The notes: generated from the letters alone by a model not told the origin. A stretch of DNA of 63,414 nucleotides, filler included, from Trichomonas gallinae (GCA_008369845.1; 7 parts of 7 records of this genome joined end to end with filler, not necessarily neighbours in it); one strand, 5' to 3'. Counted from the first letter of the whole stretch, positions 1 through 12,400 are shown. Numbers and translations: made by a program.

Positions 1-192
1 ATACTAACAAAATTGAAGGCCTTATCAATCTTGTCTGAGGCTATTTCAATTGTTCTAAGGCTATTGTGCCCTCGGTAATTGAATGCTGTTGTAAAATTTA
101 TTATCAATCATTATAGGCTAAAATTAATGTTTACAATATGTAAGTAATTTTTAGTCCCGTAAAATTGAATTTAAAAAGCACGTTATCGGCAA

Positions 193-199
193 TCATTTT
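193..199 (+). promoter_or_regulatory. Trichomonad initiator (Inr)-like element
   Basis: TCATTTT 10 nt upstream of ATG 203; matches the known T. vaginalis Inr TCA(T/C)(T/A). Confidence 0.65.
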
Positions 200-202
200 C
201 TA

Positions 203-1177
203 ATGAACAACAATGAGATAACATATTTTAAAGAATTTGGCTTCGAATTCGTCAAAGTCATTGCTCAAGGTGGCTATGGTGTTGTTTTCGAGGTGTATTC
301 CGAAAAATTTAATTCCAGCTATGCAATTAAAAAGATTCCAAAATGCTTCCTCTCACAAGCAGAATTGGACTGCCTGATGCAGATAGATGATGTAAGAGTA
401 GTTAGACTTTACCAAATCTTCGTGTTGGGAGACTTTATATACATGTTAATGGAATTATGCAAGACAGATCTTAACCAAATTTTCACGTTTACAGATGAAT
501 TAAGTGATCAAACAATGCAAAAATATGCCTCTGAGATGGTATTAGCTATCAAATCAATTCACGACCGTAATATCGCTCATTGCGATGTTAAACCTGCAAA
601 CTTCTTTATTGACTCATATGGTAGAATGAAGATTGGCGACTTCGGTCTTGCATCTTTTAATGGCGCCACATGCCCTTGCAAGATGCAGAAAGGAACAAAA
701 TTATTTATGGCACCCGAAATGTATGTGCTCAAGCAATATAATGCTATGAAAGCTGATATTTGGTCACTTGGTATTTCACTTTATTATATGGCAACCAAAA
801 CTTATCCATTTAATTCACCTGATCCAACAAAGATTCCACAACTTGTCAATATTGGTTTATTCCCCAAGGAACGTGTGACAAATAAGCATCTCCGCAAAGT
901 TATATGTCGCTGCCTCGAAAGGAATCCAGATAAAAGACCTTCAATTTACGAGGTCATGAAGATGCCATTTATCCATGAAATCCTCGCCAAGAAACAAGTG
1001 TGCTGCAAGTTTTGCACAGCGAAACAACAAAAGCCGGGTAATCAAATTGTGAAACCAGGATTACCTAAGAGAAATTCCATTTGTTCCTTCGCCAGCAATC
1101 TCCATTTGACTTGCTTTAAAGGATCTCCAATCCGTCTTATTAATTCTGAGCGAAAAATTCCACCTGTTTGTTTGTAA
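203..1177 (+). CDS. CAMK-family Ser/Thr protein kinase (non-RD)
   Basis: 324-aa ORF with AQGGYGVV, YAIK, HCDVKPAN, DFG, APE and DIWSLG kinase motifs; Inr-like TCATT at 193-197 just before the ATG. Confidence 0.93.
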   Translation: MNNNEITYFKEFGFEFVKVIAQGGYGVVFEVYSEKFNSSYAIKKIPKCFLSQAELDCLMQIDDVRVVRLYQIFVLGDFIYMLMELCKTDLNQIFTFTDELSDQTMQKYASEMVLAIKSIHDRNIAHCDVKPANFFIDSYGRMKIGDFGLASFNGATCPCKMQKGTKLFMAPEMYVLKQYNAMKADIWSLGISLYYMATKTYPFNSPDPTKIPQLVNIGLFPKERVTNKHLRKVICRCLERNPDKRPSIYEVMKMPFIHEILAKKQVCCKFCTAKQQKPGNQIVKPGLPKRNSICSFASNLHLTCFKGSPIRLINSERKIPPVCL

Positions 1178-1870
1178 TTAAATATTTGTTTATGTATGTG
1201 TTAATAGTCTACTTTTTAGCTCATAGCGATGCTCAAATGGCGAATTCCTTAGAACTGAAAATTTTTCATTTGCATTTCTTAATCGAAATAAATACTAATA
1301 TCTCATAGCCATCTCAAACTCTTGCGATTTACAATAAAGATTTCAGTTCTAATTGAACAAATTTTATTCAGTGGTTTTTTCCCAAGACAACTGTGCATTT
1401 CTCCTAGATCATGAAATGTCCTAGAGGAATTCAAAATGGCATTACTGCATTAAAATACCTGATACACAATAAAATATTATTCGAAATTTATTTTTTTCAT
1501 TATTTGAACTTTTTATTGCATTACTCATCAATATTATCGAATATATAACTATTTCTAATTATTCAAGTCAAATAATTAGTGATTATTTATATTCAATAGA
1601 ATAAAATCATCAGGATAGCATATTTTATTTTAGATATTTTAATGATATATAATGCATATATAAAAAATAACGACAAAAATTAGTCCAAAAACAACAAAAC
1701 GAAGAAAATCAAAAAATCTAAAAGCATCATCAATAGTTGTCACTCCCAGGACATTAATAGCACCACTATACGAGTATTGTGAAGCTGTTACCGCTGCATT
1801 GAAAGGACTCAAATATGTCAATTTTCCCGGTACAAGATTTTTTGATTTATATATTTGTTTATAATAGAAG

Positions 1871-2839
1871 ATGTTTGTTACTTTGCTGTGCATGGATTAC
1901 AATGACCAAGTATATGACTATAATAGTGATCAAACATTCAGGATTAGCTCGGATAATGAAAAAATAACAATCACTGATGTTTTATTCAGGAATTTTAATT
2001 TACCTGATGATGAACACATTGTATCAGTTACTGAACAAGCTGAATATCTCAAAGTTGTATCATCAACTTTCTTCCAAAACACTGGAGAAGGATTCGCTCC
2101 TTCATTATACACAAGTGTTAGTACAATATTAAATAAAGTTTGTGTATCTCAATGCTCATCAAAGAAGAGTGATTCCTTTATGCTTCAACACCAAAAAACA
2201 ATAGATATTGACTCTTTATCAGTAATTCAATGTTCAAACGATTATAAGGATAATACAACAGTTGATACAGAATACACTGACATGCAATATTCCAATATAT
2301 CTAATAACAAATGCAGACTCTCTGCTTTTAATGCGATCAACCCCATAACTGATATAAAATACTGCGAATTTATGTATAATAAGCATCAAACACAGGCTCT
2401 TTTTATCAGTGGACATGATATTAAAGTGATTTCATGCATTTTCTTAGGTAATAATGGATATGGTGTTCTATGTGAAGATTCTTCAAATATTAAGTTCCAG
2501 GACTGTTACTTCGTAGACAATAGCAACTTAGACATAAAAGCAGAGAATAGTAGTGTTGAATTGGAAATATGTAATTTCAGAAATGATTTGAAGACGTCAG
2601 GTTCAGACATTATTATAGGATCAAGGAATAGGAAAGGTTCTGGCAACGTTCCAGACCCAATTTCAAATAATCCATATTGGGGATACAAAGATTCTCTTTG
2701 CGGCTATCTGACTTTTCCACCTCCAACATGGTCAAAGATAATTCCAGCGGATTGCATCATGAATAACGAAGAAATTAATCAAAGAAAAAGATATAAGAGA
2801 CTTACAATCATTTTCAGCTTGTCATCTACATTTTTCTAG
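1871..2839 (+). CDS. Hypothetical protein, probable right-handed beta-helix (pectin-lyase-like) repeat family
   Basis: 322-aa ORF; short hydrophobic N-terminus MFVTLL; recurring IxxCxFxxN units (IKYCEFMYN, VISCIFLGN, FQDCYFVDN, LEICNFRN). Confidence 0.7.
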   Translation: MFVTLLCMDYNDQVYDYNSDQTFRISSDNEKITITDVLFRNFNLPDDEHIVSVTEQAEYLKVVSSTFFQNTGEGFAPSLYTSVSTILNKVCVSQCSSKKSDSFMLQHQKTIDIDSLSVIQCSNDYKDNTTVDTEYTDMQYSNISNNKCRLSAFNAINPITDIKYCEFMYNKHQTQALFISGHDIKVISCIFLGNNGYGVLCEDSSNIKFQDCYFVDNSNLDIKAENSSVELEICNFRNDLKTSGSDIIIGSRNRKGSGNVPDPISNNPYWGYKDSLCGYLTFPPPTWSKIIPADCIMNNEEINQRKRYKRLTIIFSLSSTFF

Positions 2840-3089
2840 TTGCATATAATGATGAACAAGCATTTAAAATATATATTATCCTTTATTTTTTTGAAAATTC
2901 GATTCGAAATTTCTGTAAATTGCCATTATTTCTTATTTACAACTCTATCTCCATATAACAAACAATAATTTACTAGATTTTTTGGGTCAATTGATGAATT
3001 TTGAAATCGATAATTTAATCAATTTCCCGTAATCATCATGAAATCAATAAAACATTACATATTTTATAAGAAAAATATAACATAAATTT

Positions 3090-3889
3090 TAGTATAAAGG
3101 TCCTAAAGTATCCTTTTCTTTGTATACGCGTCAGATGTTTGGTAATATACGTTGTGCAACATAAGATCCATCATATTTATCTACATGATATTCATCACGA
3201 AACCTGAGTTGTGAATTTTGTAATCCGTACCTATTGCTTTTAAGCTTTAATATAGGACGAATTGACGAGATTCGATTCTTTCTAGTTCTATGTCAATCAT
3301 ACCAATTAGCTTCTTAAAGTAGTATTTGTTATAGACATAAATCCTTGCCTGCGCACATTATTAAAGTCAAGCAGTTCATAATCATCAATCAAGTTTTTGG
3401 ACTTTAAAACATCTAAAATTCATGCGAAAATATATCTGATGGAAGTTTATGTTCCTTGCACATTAACGATGTTATGTAATTGTATTTGAAATCTTCGCAG
3501 TCCATACTTTTTAATTCTGCATAGATGCGTGGATTTTGTGATAGAAGCTCAAGTTGAAAGAAGTATGATATGGAAAGAATTAATCGGGCCAAGAGACGAA
3601 TGTTTGTTGGTAAATTTAAATATAGATGAGCGTAATGCTTGATGCGATTTGATTTTATGTTAATGCATATTTCAAGCTGCTGTAATCCTAGATTTGGGCA
3701 TTTTTCGAAATATGATATTATTTATTTTGTTTGATTTTCGTAATCTGAGTTGTAATTCATAATCTGAGTTGTAATTCATAACTTCTGTATATTTTCTAGT
3801 TCTTGCAATTCAGGAGGCAAATTATCGAAATTTATTACTTTTGGAAATTTAGGAAAATCAACTGCGAACTTTAAAGCAATGTCTTTCAT
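3090..3889 (-). pseudogene. Decayed gene relic, possibly from an expanded ankyrin-associated family
   Basis: Manual translation from ATG 3889 gives MKDIALKFAVDFPKFPKVINFDNLPPELQELENIQKL*, then YFEKCPNLGLQQLEICINIKSNRIKHYAHLYLNL...RLLARLILS...SDIFSHEF*, with stops and a 19-bp tandem duplication; family assignment is a guess; 3' boundary approximate. Confidence 0.45.
3741..3778 (+). repeat. Perfect 19-bp tandem duplication (TAATCTGAGTTGTAATTCA x2)
   Basis: Directly visible; lies inside the pseudogene relic. Confidence 0.9.
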
Positions 3890-4475
3890 TTACTGGATAT
3901 TTATATTAGGTCCATTAGATGTGATCGCTCGAGGATGGAGAGTTCATCCATCTTCTGAATATTTTGGGAAGAAAGGGTTGTAAGCATTGTGGTAATATGG
4001 CATAAATTGCCTAGTAGGTTTACTGGAGGTTTTCCACGGAGTGAACATGTAATTCGTTTAAAGATTGCTATGATGTTGCGAAGAGAATTGATTCATTTCT
4101 TACATATGATCTTGATACTTTATATCTTTCATGCAGATGTGGAAATATCAATAACTTTGAAAATCCGCTAAAAAAAGAATCATTGACTTTATATAACTTT
4201 AGACTTTAAAGAATAATGTTTTCTATATCATCTGCAAAATTAAAAGTGTCCGACAAATTAAACATTGATGCCCTGCCAGTAGAGATCTTATATGATTATA
4301 AATGATAAAATATGAGTTGAAAATAATAGTCATATAAATTCGAAGCAAAACAATAATATGGATCAACTGCATTGGTTGTTGCAGTATCCAACAATATATT
4401 GAAATTATAACCTACAAATAAACTTTTACTCTATGTATAGATATATATATATATTGATAATAATAAAATAATCGA

Positions 4476-6113
4476 TTAATCAATTCTGATAGAGAATTGC
4501 ATGAAAGCTCGTGGCGATATTGGAGACATGCAGTCGAACATTCCAACGTAATATTTGTGCGGTGACTCTTTCGCGAGCCTTGCATAATAAGCGAGTCTGT
4601 CTAATAGCACGAAAGTTTCGAATGCGTGACCGAAGAATTCTCTCATTGCCTGCTGAGCCATCATCCTCCAAACATGTGAGTTCGCGAAATCAATTCTAGC
4701 CTGTACATCCTCTTTTGTTGGGCTTCCTCCATAAACAGCTGCAACTCTTTGAACGTACGAAACTTCGTTTTCGTTTTTCTCTCGTTTAATCTTTTTGATC
4801 GAAACTCGTGGCGGAATGAAAGCGGATATAATCTCTCTAGGCAGGAACTTGTCGACAATCTCACGATGCTTAGCGTGATCGCTGAAGTATGTTGATAATG
4901 CGTGATTCAAGAAATCCTTCCTCCTCAGCAAATCTCCGTGAAACATGAATTCGAAAATTTTCGAATTCTGCGGATTCAAAGGACATTTATCCGCTGTCAG
5001 ATGCTGGAAGCAACACGGAACTGTGACAGCACCTCGGCATGATGGACTCCTGTAAGCTAATTCATGCTCCACGACACTCAAATTGCCGCAAGCGTGAATG
5101 GAAACTAAAAGAACATCAGAGCAATCAACAGGAGAAAATTCTTCCATTTTGATTTCAGCTGCGAGTTCTCCGAGGATGTTTTTAGGCTTTGAAGCTTGAT
5201 TTCCGCGAATTTCTTCCGGTTCAAGAGCTGTTTCTTCCAAATTTTTTGGCATCAGCTTCTTGTGCAAATATCTTTGTGGGCCTTTGTCTATTTGCAGCAT
5301 TGTCATGATCCATTTTTCGTATGACATCGAATGATTTAAAATTGCTTCTACCGATGTCTGCGCTGTAACATATCCGATGCACATTTTCATAATTTTGAAA
5401 TTTTCTGTTTGAGCTCTTTTTTGAGAAACTAAGCATCCTATCCTATCCAGCAATGCACATGAGTGATTAAGAGATGCTTCAATAGGCAGGGTTTGAATTC
5501 TTAAGTCATTTGCAGCAAAAATCGATAAATATCCTTTTCCAGCGCCAACGTCAATCAAACGGAGATTTTCACGTCTTAAATCAAGTTTTTCAAATGGTTG
5601 CACGGAATGTAACAGACTTTGAGCTTGTGAATGCACTGAAAATCCGTGATATATTTCATCATTAAAATTATAAAATGTTTTCAGCAAAATATCAAGAGAA
5701 TAAGTAAACTGCATAACTTCTTGTGCTTTATCAGCTGATGTTTCGCCCTGAAGTGAAGGATATTGCATTACTGGAATATTATCACGTGAAAATTCTCTTA
5801 AGAATGTTAATTTGTTTGAATCTTCGAAATATTCGCGTAAACTTGACGTCATTTCTGAAAAATCGTATTGAATAAAAATTTTATCATGAAATTCTTTCTC
5901 ATTTAACATACGAGTGCAGTCATTTTCCCATGATACATCGAAATTGTCGTTTTCTGATGTGCACATGTTTGGATTCAAAATTTCCCAGATTTTTGCCCAT
6001 TTCAGACAGTAATTGTAGAAGTTTTCGAAATAGTTATCAGCGACAGCCAGGAACTCATCAACACTCCCCTCAAATTTCTCGCCTTGAGGAAGAACAGTAA
6101 TGACCCTGCTCAT
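4476..6113 (-). CDS. SAM-dependent methyltransferase, METTL25/Methyltransf_32-like
   Basis: IDVGAGKGYLS SAM motif I, SIHACGNLS, VPCCFQH and C-terminal ISPR motifs typical of the METTL25 family; start moved to MSRVITV (ATG 6113) because the upstream extension runs through a poly-T/A tract. Confidence 0.8.
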   Translation of the reverse strand: MSRVITVLPQGEKFEGSVDEFLAVADNYFENFYNYCLKWAKIWEILNPNMCTSENDNFDVSWENDCTRMLNEKEFHDKIFIQYDFSEMTSSLREYFEDSNKLTFLREFSRDNIPVMQYPSLQGETSADKAQEVMQFTYSLDILLKTFYNFNDEIYHGFSVHSQAQSLLHSVQPFEKLDLRRENLRLIDVGAGKGYLSIFAANDLRIQTLPIEASLNHSCALLDRIGCLVSQKRAQTENFKIMKMCIGYVTAQTSVEAILNHSMSYEKWIMTMLQIDKGPQRYLHKKLMPKNLEETALEPEEIRGNQASKPKNILGELAAEIKMEEFSPVDCSDVLLVSIHACGNLSVVEHELAYRSPSCRGAVTVPCCFQHLTADKCPLNPQNSKIFEFMFHGDLLRRKDFLNHALSTYFSDHAKHREIVDKFLPREIISAFIPPRVSIKKIKREKNENEVSYVQRVAAVYGGSPTKEDVQARIDFANSHVWRMMAQQAMREFFGHAFETFVLLDRLAYYARLAKESPHKYYVGMFDCMSPISPRAFMQFSIRID

Positions 6114-6681
6114 ACTAAAATTTTTAGGGTCCAGACCCTGCTTATTTTTTTTTTTTTTTTCAATGATAATTCTTACACAAGAATTCATTGTTTTTTTTTT
6201 TAAATTTTAATACTTATCCAACTAATTTCAATAGTGTAGATCAAGACATTGGTTCCTTTAGACATATGCTTTGACATCTATTCCAGGAACGTTTTAACTT
6301 TTGGGAAAAAACTCGGCCATTTCAAGATGACAATTATATGAAGCCAGAATTAAAGCTGTTGAAATATCATTGTCTCTTGAGTTGATATTGATTCCAAAAA
6401 CTAACAACTTCGTTATGATCATTTTCTGATACTATATTGAAAGCTGTGCCATTATCTTATGGTGCGACATCTGTCATGACAATTTCTTTGTTCGAAAAAA
6501 CAAAGTTGCAAAACAAAAATATGTGATTCAATCTTATTGATTATTGTTATATATCACAAAGATTCTGTTTTAGCAGCTATTCCTCGCAGATCATGAATGG
6601 CAATTAATTATATTGGAAAATGTGAAACAATATTTTGCATTTCATGATTTCAATATTTATAAAAAAACAAACAAAATAAAA

Positions 6682-8787
6682 TCATTCTTGTGGCTTCTTC
6701 GATATTTTCCTTCTGACTTTCTTCTTCTTTAATGCATTCTGCGCCTGTCCGAAGATTTCTTTGACGAGTTCGTGCTTTTCTAAAAGCTGTATCAGTCCAT
6801 CAGTGAATGTAGACTGAAGGGTTTGGACAATGATCATGAATTCTGTCGCCAAAGACTGAATCTTGGTGAAGATCTCCTTCTTAAGCTTAGGGTCAGGCGG
6901 CTGCAAGCTGACTTTCGACGTCTGCTCTTCGTTGATAATTTTCTGCCTGTTCTCGAGAATTTCGTCGTAGAGCTCGTTCGCCTTTTGTATGCCGATTAAT
7001 TTAGCGTGCTCCATCACCGACTGCAGGCGCTGGTTCAGCTGCATCTTCGCCACCTTCATGTCCGTGTACATAGCCCCGAAAGTGAACAGACGAGTCTGCT
7101 GCTCCACTTTTTCCGAACACTCGCGTAGTTCTTTGATAAGTTTCGTGAAGTCGTCAATTGTTCCGTACTTGTAGCTCTCCTTGACGTCATCGATCCTGTC
7201 CATTGTGCTGATGAAGAACTCGCGCGGAAGAATCAGCCGGCGCTCGAAGCTTTCGTAGGCCGCTTTGATGAAATTAAAACACTTTTCTCTTTCTTGTTCG
7301 ATTTCCTCTGACATTAATGACTCTTTTTCGATCCTGATCTCCGGGATTTCAGCCCCGTCGAATATCAGGTGATTCCCCTCGGCGCTCATCTCGAACTGGT
7401 ACGTCAGGAAAATGGACCAGATTTTCATGTCAACGTTTTCGACCCATTCTATGAATTCGTTCATTTCAGGCTCCATTTTGATGCCTATTTCGTCGTCTAT
7501 GCTTAGAGAAATCAAGTGGTTCGCTATTGGTGGGTCTGTCGTGAATCTTTTGTAGAGTTCCATCAAAGTTATTTTCACCTGTTCGCCGTAGAAGGCTCTA
7601 AGGAATAACCTGATCATGTTGATGAACCTGGGAATGTATTCTTTACGAATATGCGCGAGAGTTCTTTCGTGGAGCAAAATTTTATTTCGATTTCTTACGC
7701 CTGTGATTGAGGGGCACGCTGTGTCTTTTTCTAGCGAATATGATATGAGAGATTTGGGGAGTGCGCCGATTTTCTTGAGAATTTCGTAATCTGAGCGTAA
7801 TAAAAACGCAATTCCGCGGATTTGCTCGAAAAAGTGCTCAAGTTCGTTTTTAAGTGTTTCGTTGAGGGTTTCTATCTGCTTTCTCATGTTTTCTAGTGAC
7901 TCTGTGCTGTTTTGCTTTAATAATGGAAAAGATTCTGTTGGAGACTCAGTTGATATAGGATGACACGTTTTAAAGACTGTTGCCACTGTTTGTCGAACCT
8001 TGAGATAAACGTCCATGTATGTATTGCTTTCTATTGGGCAAACTTTTTTCAATCCGTCGCAAATATGATGGAATCTGCGCATCCTGAATGCGTAATACCA
8101 CTTAACGAATGCCTTGTTTCTCGCCCAGTTCTGGAAGAAAGGAATCTGCTGCGTTAAGTAAGTTCGTGATTTAAAAGCGAGAAATTTGTTGAGTGGAATA
8201 AATTCACCTGTTCTATCAGGTGCCACTTTAACCATACCATGCAAGTTTAATGTCCTTGTGTCTTCAAAAGGCGTAGAAAGTTCATCATTTTTTTCTCGAA
8301 TCGTGTATGAAAGAGATGAAGGGCCTCTCGGCGTTGAAGCCTTAGGTTTGCAGTAAAACATGCTCTTTTCTGGTGAGAAAACCAGTTTAGGAAGGATATC
8401 TCGGTCAGTTAACGGCTTTGTATATGAAATATGTTTTGTCGATCTTTGGGTTAGTGGAGAACGATATGTTTTCGGTGTTACTAATGTTTCTCTTGTCAGT
8501 TTCAAGCGCAGAGGCCTTCTAGGAGAATACGATCCTTCTTTCACATAAAGTGGAGGGACAATCATATGCGGCTGATAGCCTATGAGCACATCTTTTGCTA
8601 TAGGCCACAGCAATCCGCCATCTGCTGTAGAAAGAAAGCTAATTAGCGGCGATATTCGATCATTTATCTTTATTTTCATGTCTTTTTGTATAACACGTGT
8701 GAAAAACTTGTAGAGGGGCGAAAAATCTCTTTGTTTCTCAGGAGTTTCCCTGCACTCGAGAAGAAGTTTCTCGAGTTCAGACTCCAT
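6682..8787 (-). CDS. Hypothetical helical protein resembling the N-terminal tail of DNAH6-type inner-arm dynein heavy chain (no motor domain)
   Basis: 701-aa ORF; EFIPLNKF...IPFFQNWARNKAFVKW resembles my recollection of the DNAH6 N-terminal block; no Walker A motif. Confidence 0.6.
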   Translation of the reverse strand: MESELEKLLLECRETPEKQRDFSPLYKFFTRVIQKDMKIKINDRISPLISFLSTADGGLLWPIAKDVLIGYQPHMIVPPLYVKEGSYSPRRPLRLKLTRETLVTPKTYRSPLTQRSTKHISYTKPLTDRDILPKLVFSPEKSMFYCKPKASTPRGPSSLSYTIREKNDELSTPFEDTRTLNLHGMVKVAPDRTGEFIPLNKFLAFKSRTYLTQQIPFFQNWARNKAFVKWYYAFRMRRFHHICDGLKKVCPIESNTYMDVYLKVRQTVATVFKTCHPISTESPTESFPLLKQNSTESLENMRKQIETLNETLKNELEHFFEQIRGIAFLLRSDYEILKKIGALPKSLISYSLEKDTACPSITGVRNRNKILLHERTLAHIRKEYIPRFINMIRLFLRAFYGEQVKITLMELYKRFTTDPPIANHLISLSIDDEIGIKMEPEMNEFIEWVENVDMKIWSIFLTYQFEMSAEGNHLIFDGAEIPEIRIEKESLMSEEIEQEREKCFNFIKAAYESFERRLILPREFFISTMDRIDDVKESYKYGTIDDFTKLIKELRECSEKVEQQTRLFTFGAMYTDMKVAKMQLNQRLQSVMEHAKLIGIQKANELYDEILENRQKIINEEQTSKVSLQPPDPKLKKEIFTKIQSLATEFMIIVQTLQSTFTDGLIQLLEKHELVKEIFGQAQNALKKKKVRRKISKKPQE

Positions 8788-8820
8788 GAAAAAATGTTTA
8801 CAAATTCGTTACAATATTTT

Positions 8821-9040
8821 TGCTATGTAAAATATTTACATGTCATAGTAATATTTACATGACAAAAATATCTTAATGTTCTTCATTTTTGCTATAAATT
8901 TGAAATCCAATATTTTCAGCCATCGTCTAGACGCTTGTGGAGACGTTTCTCATGCTCTAACTTCATGAATATAGTTTAGCAATAATTTTATTATGTAAAA
9001 TATTTTACATGTCATAAAAATAATTACATGACAAAAATAT
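8821..9040. repeat. Imperfect ~50-bp direct repeat pair carrying TTACATGTCA / TTACATGACA motifs
   Basis: 8821-8871 (ATGTAAAATATTTACATGTCATAGTAATATTTACATGACAAAAATAT) is similar to 8991-9040. Confidence 0.75.
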
Positions 9041-9427
9041 ATTTTCTTAGTTTTGATGCTTACCATTTTAATATTTTGACACCTAGTTCCTCCAAACAGA
9101 ATCCTTCCAAATTAAGGAAATAGATATAGCATGACAATATGGGTCTCATACTAGAAAATCTATATGAATGTCATATCACATATAATAATATTCGTCGTGA
9201 ATTAGCTTGGTAAATTTTTTTCTATAGATATGATATTGAATGTAATTTACAATTAATTTCGAAGTCATATGGACTCGTATCATAGTCGAATATTTTATAA
9301 AAAGAAACAAAAAAGGCAATTAATATGTGGAGATATTTTAATGTATTTGAAAAGATTAAGAATTTATTAGTATTTAATTAATTAGAGATAAAACAATAAT
9401 ATATATAAACATTATAACAATTGTCAA

Positions 9428-12400
9428 TTATTGTGATGCAGGTGGCTTCAATTCGAATGTTGGCTCTGGTCCAGTTCTAGGCGGTTGTGAGTTTTCTATT
9501 GCTGGATCCTTTGGCTTCTTCAGTTCGATCTTGATTGATGTCTTCGTGTATCCGGGTGTTGCTGAAAACTCTGTAGGTTTGTTGACGGATCTCTCGAAGA
9601 AAGGCGCTGGCGTATCTTTGCCGTACAGGGTTGTGTATGCGCGCAATGCCTCTGATCTAAGCTTAGAGTGGTTCCTCGCGCAGACAGTCATGATGTACCA
9701 GAGTGTTTCAGCGACTTCCAAAGCTTTCTCGCCTGTTGTCATCTTCTTGACGACATCTTCCTTCTTGATAGAATCTGGCCTGAACAGCAAGAAGCACTCG
9801 AATTTATCCTTCGCACTGTATGGCAGAGTGTTCAAGATGAACCTGTAGACTTCTCTGAGGCACGCGGCAGCGACTTCTTTCTTCTTCGGGTCTTCAGCGA
9901 GCTTCTTTATGTCGCTGAAGAGTTGTGGGTAGGTAACAACATAGTTGATGAGCGCAAAGAAAAGGAGGCACTTGAAGAGAGTCGCCTTGCATTCTATATA
10001 TGGAGAGTCGTCGAAAATAATGTGTCTCATCTCGTCGACAGTCAAGTTGTGGTCTTCTGAAGATATATTATCCGAGACGTTTCTCATAGCCATCCACTTC
10101 TTGAGCAAAACAGCTGTGATGGCAGTGTAGAACGCGCTGAAGAGGTGGTTGCAGAATCCGCCGCTTGTGTTGGAGCCTCTCACTCTATTCACCAATAATC
10201 TCTCGATGTCAATGTTGAGCTTGTCGTTATCCGAGTAGACTCTGCCTAAAGCTAAAGCCGCTTCTACCCTGAAGTTGTCGTCCGAATATTGGTTGCCATT
10301 GTTATTGTTTTCGTCCAAGATTTTGATAAGAAGTTTGACGATATCATCTGGTGTGTAGTTCTGCGAGTTTCTCACGACAGACAGAGCCTTGATGACTTCA
10401 AGCTGCACGAAATGCTTCGCCAAATTCTGGAAATCGTTCGGCTTCGGTTTGTCTTCCCCTGCGATTATGAACTGGCTCTTGTACCAGTCCATAAGAGTGG
10501 CAACATTCGTGTTTGAACCGTTCTCGACGTTCGCGAAAAGCGCCAGAGTTCTCGCCGCGTGTCCTCTGACTCCGTAGAAGCAATCCTCGTTTTCTAGTAA
10601 TTCTTTAAGCTTATCTTGCGTCTCTTTGTTCTCAATCCACTCTTCGAGAGATGATAATACTTCGTGTTCGGTGTAAACGTCCCTGAAAAGGTCCAGCATG
10701 TTGTGGAGCATGAATTCTGGGAGGCGCGGACGCACGCGCATCGGCCATTGGTGGTTAGGGTCAACAGAAATCCAGAGAATTGAGTGATAAATTCTGACTT
10801 CTTTCATATCGCCATTGACGAAATAGTATTTCATTAATTTCTTCTTTGGCTTGTGCGCATAGTACTTCATCTGCTGCTGAATAAGCTGAGTTTCGACTGG
10901 AAATTGAAATTCGTGTGGCTGCTCGAGATCTCTTAATTGGACTAAGATATGGCCAGTGAAGAATGGAATCTTTGTTGTTTTGCATGAAGGAGTCTGATAT
11001 AAAACGAATTTACAGACTCTATTTCTAACATCTGAGTAAAAGTTGAATGTAAAGAACGGGATGCCGTTGGATTCGAGCCATTGTTTGCTGAATGTCTTCA
11101 TATTGATAAGATGGCCGAATCTTGACATCATTGTATTAAACTTTGCTTTAAAGCCATTAAATGATTCAAGAGATTGCTTAAAATGCTGACGGAGGAGCAA
11201 AAGAAGCATTTGCTGTGAATCATTGTTGTTCATTGCAAGCGCAACCATATTAATCAAAAGTTTTGCTTTGACTCTGAGATATTCGTCTGTAAATGGATAA
11301 CCAGTGGCCGGATCAATCTCTGCTAGAACAACAGATGGGTGAATATCTTCAGCAGCAAGATAATTCATTTCATTCCATCTTCTTTCCATAGTAAAGCTTG
11401 TCTTATATCTGTGGCTCGCGCCGCAGAAGTAGTCAGCGAAGTATCTGACAATGCCGTGTTGGATCCATTCATCTACTGGGTCGGTAAATGGAAATCCGAA
11501 GTAAACAAGTTGTCCGATGATGGATTCGTATATCTTAGGGATAATCTTAATCCAAACAGCGGAATTTCCATCGGAAACAACGTAATTTGAGGGATAAAAG
11601 ATTAAACCTGGGAATAAATGCATTTCTTGCAAAGTTGGCACGTAAACAATTGACAGAGAACTGAGAACATTAAACATGTCTTGATCTATGAAATGATTCG
11701 TTACTTCTTCCAATAATTCTGGATAAGGAGACACAGTGTGAGAAAAGCTTTCGTCTGTTCGCTTGAAGTAGTATTGGATGCTTTGATCGTTCTTATTCAT
11801 TGAAGATGCCTGTTTGAAGTCGCCTAACGCGAAGCCAATGGCTTTAGGCTGGACATTGAATGGAATAACATAGCGTAATGTGTTTGTATTTGCTGTTTCA
11901 TCGGTCGATATTAAATTGTCTTTACCAGGTCCAACGCAAACTAATGATTTTGGATAAGTGATGTCTAAAGTGAATCTTGTGCGCTGGCCAAGGCCATCTA
12001 TGCAGGGGAACCATGCAGATGGACCGTCTAATTCGTTATTAGTGTAAATTATGCCATCTCCGCGATTAACTATGGCTGTGCTGTCTTTATTTACTTTGTA
12101 GAATATTGTCAGCGTGACAGGAAGATCCCTGTTCAGAGGGATGATCAACTCAGGCGAATTAAGGACGTCTTTGCAGACTCTTGAGAAATGAGACGAATCG
12201 CGAATTAGCAGCCCGTTTGGTCCAATTTTCATCTCAAGAGCTTCATGAGTATCGAAGTACTCAAATACAGCGTCTTCTTTGTCAATCTGGACCTTTTCTA
12301 TCTTCATTTGTCGGGCATTTAAGAAAATAACGCGAGGGTTGAATTCTGTGCCTCTCTCAAGAAGGAGCTCGGTGTATCCAGAAAACGTCTGAGTTTCGGG

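Noticed and set aside
1639..1893. 84-aa ORF with a hydrophobic C-terminus
   Set aside because: Overlaps the start of the 1871 gene head-to-head; the hydrophobicity comes from a T-rich tract; no recognisable motif
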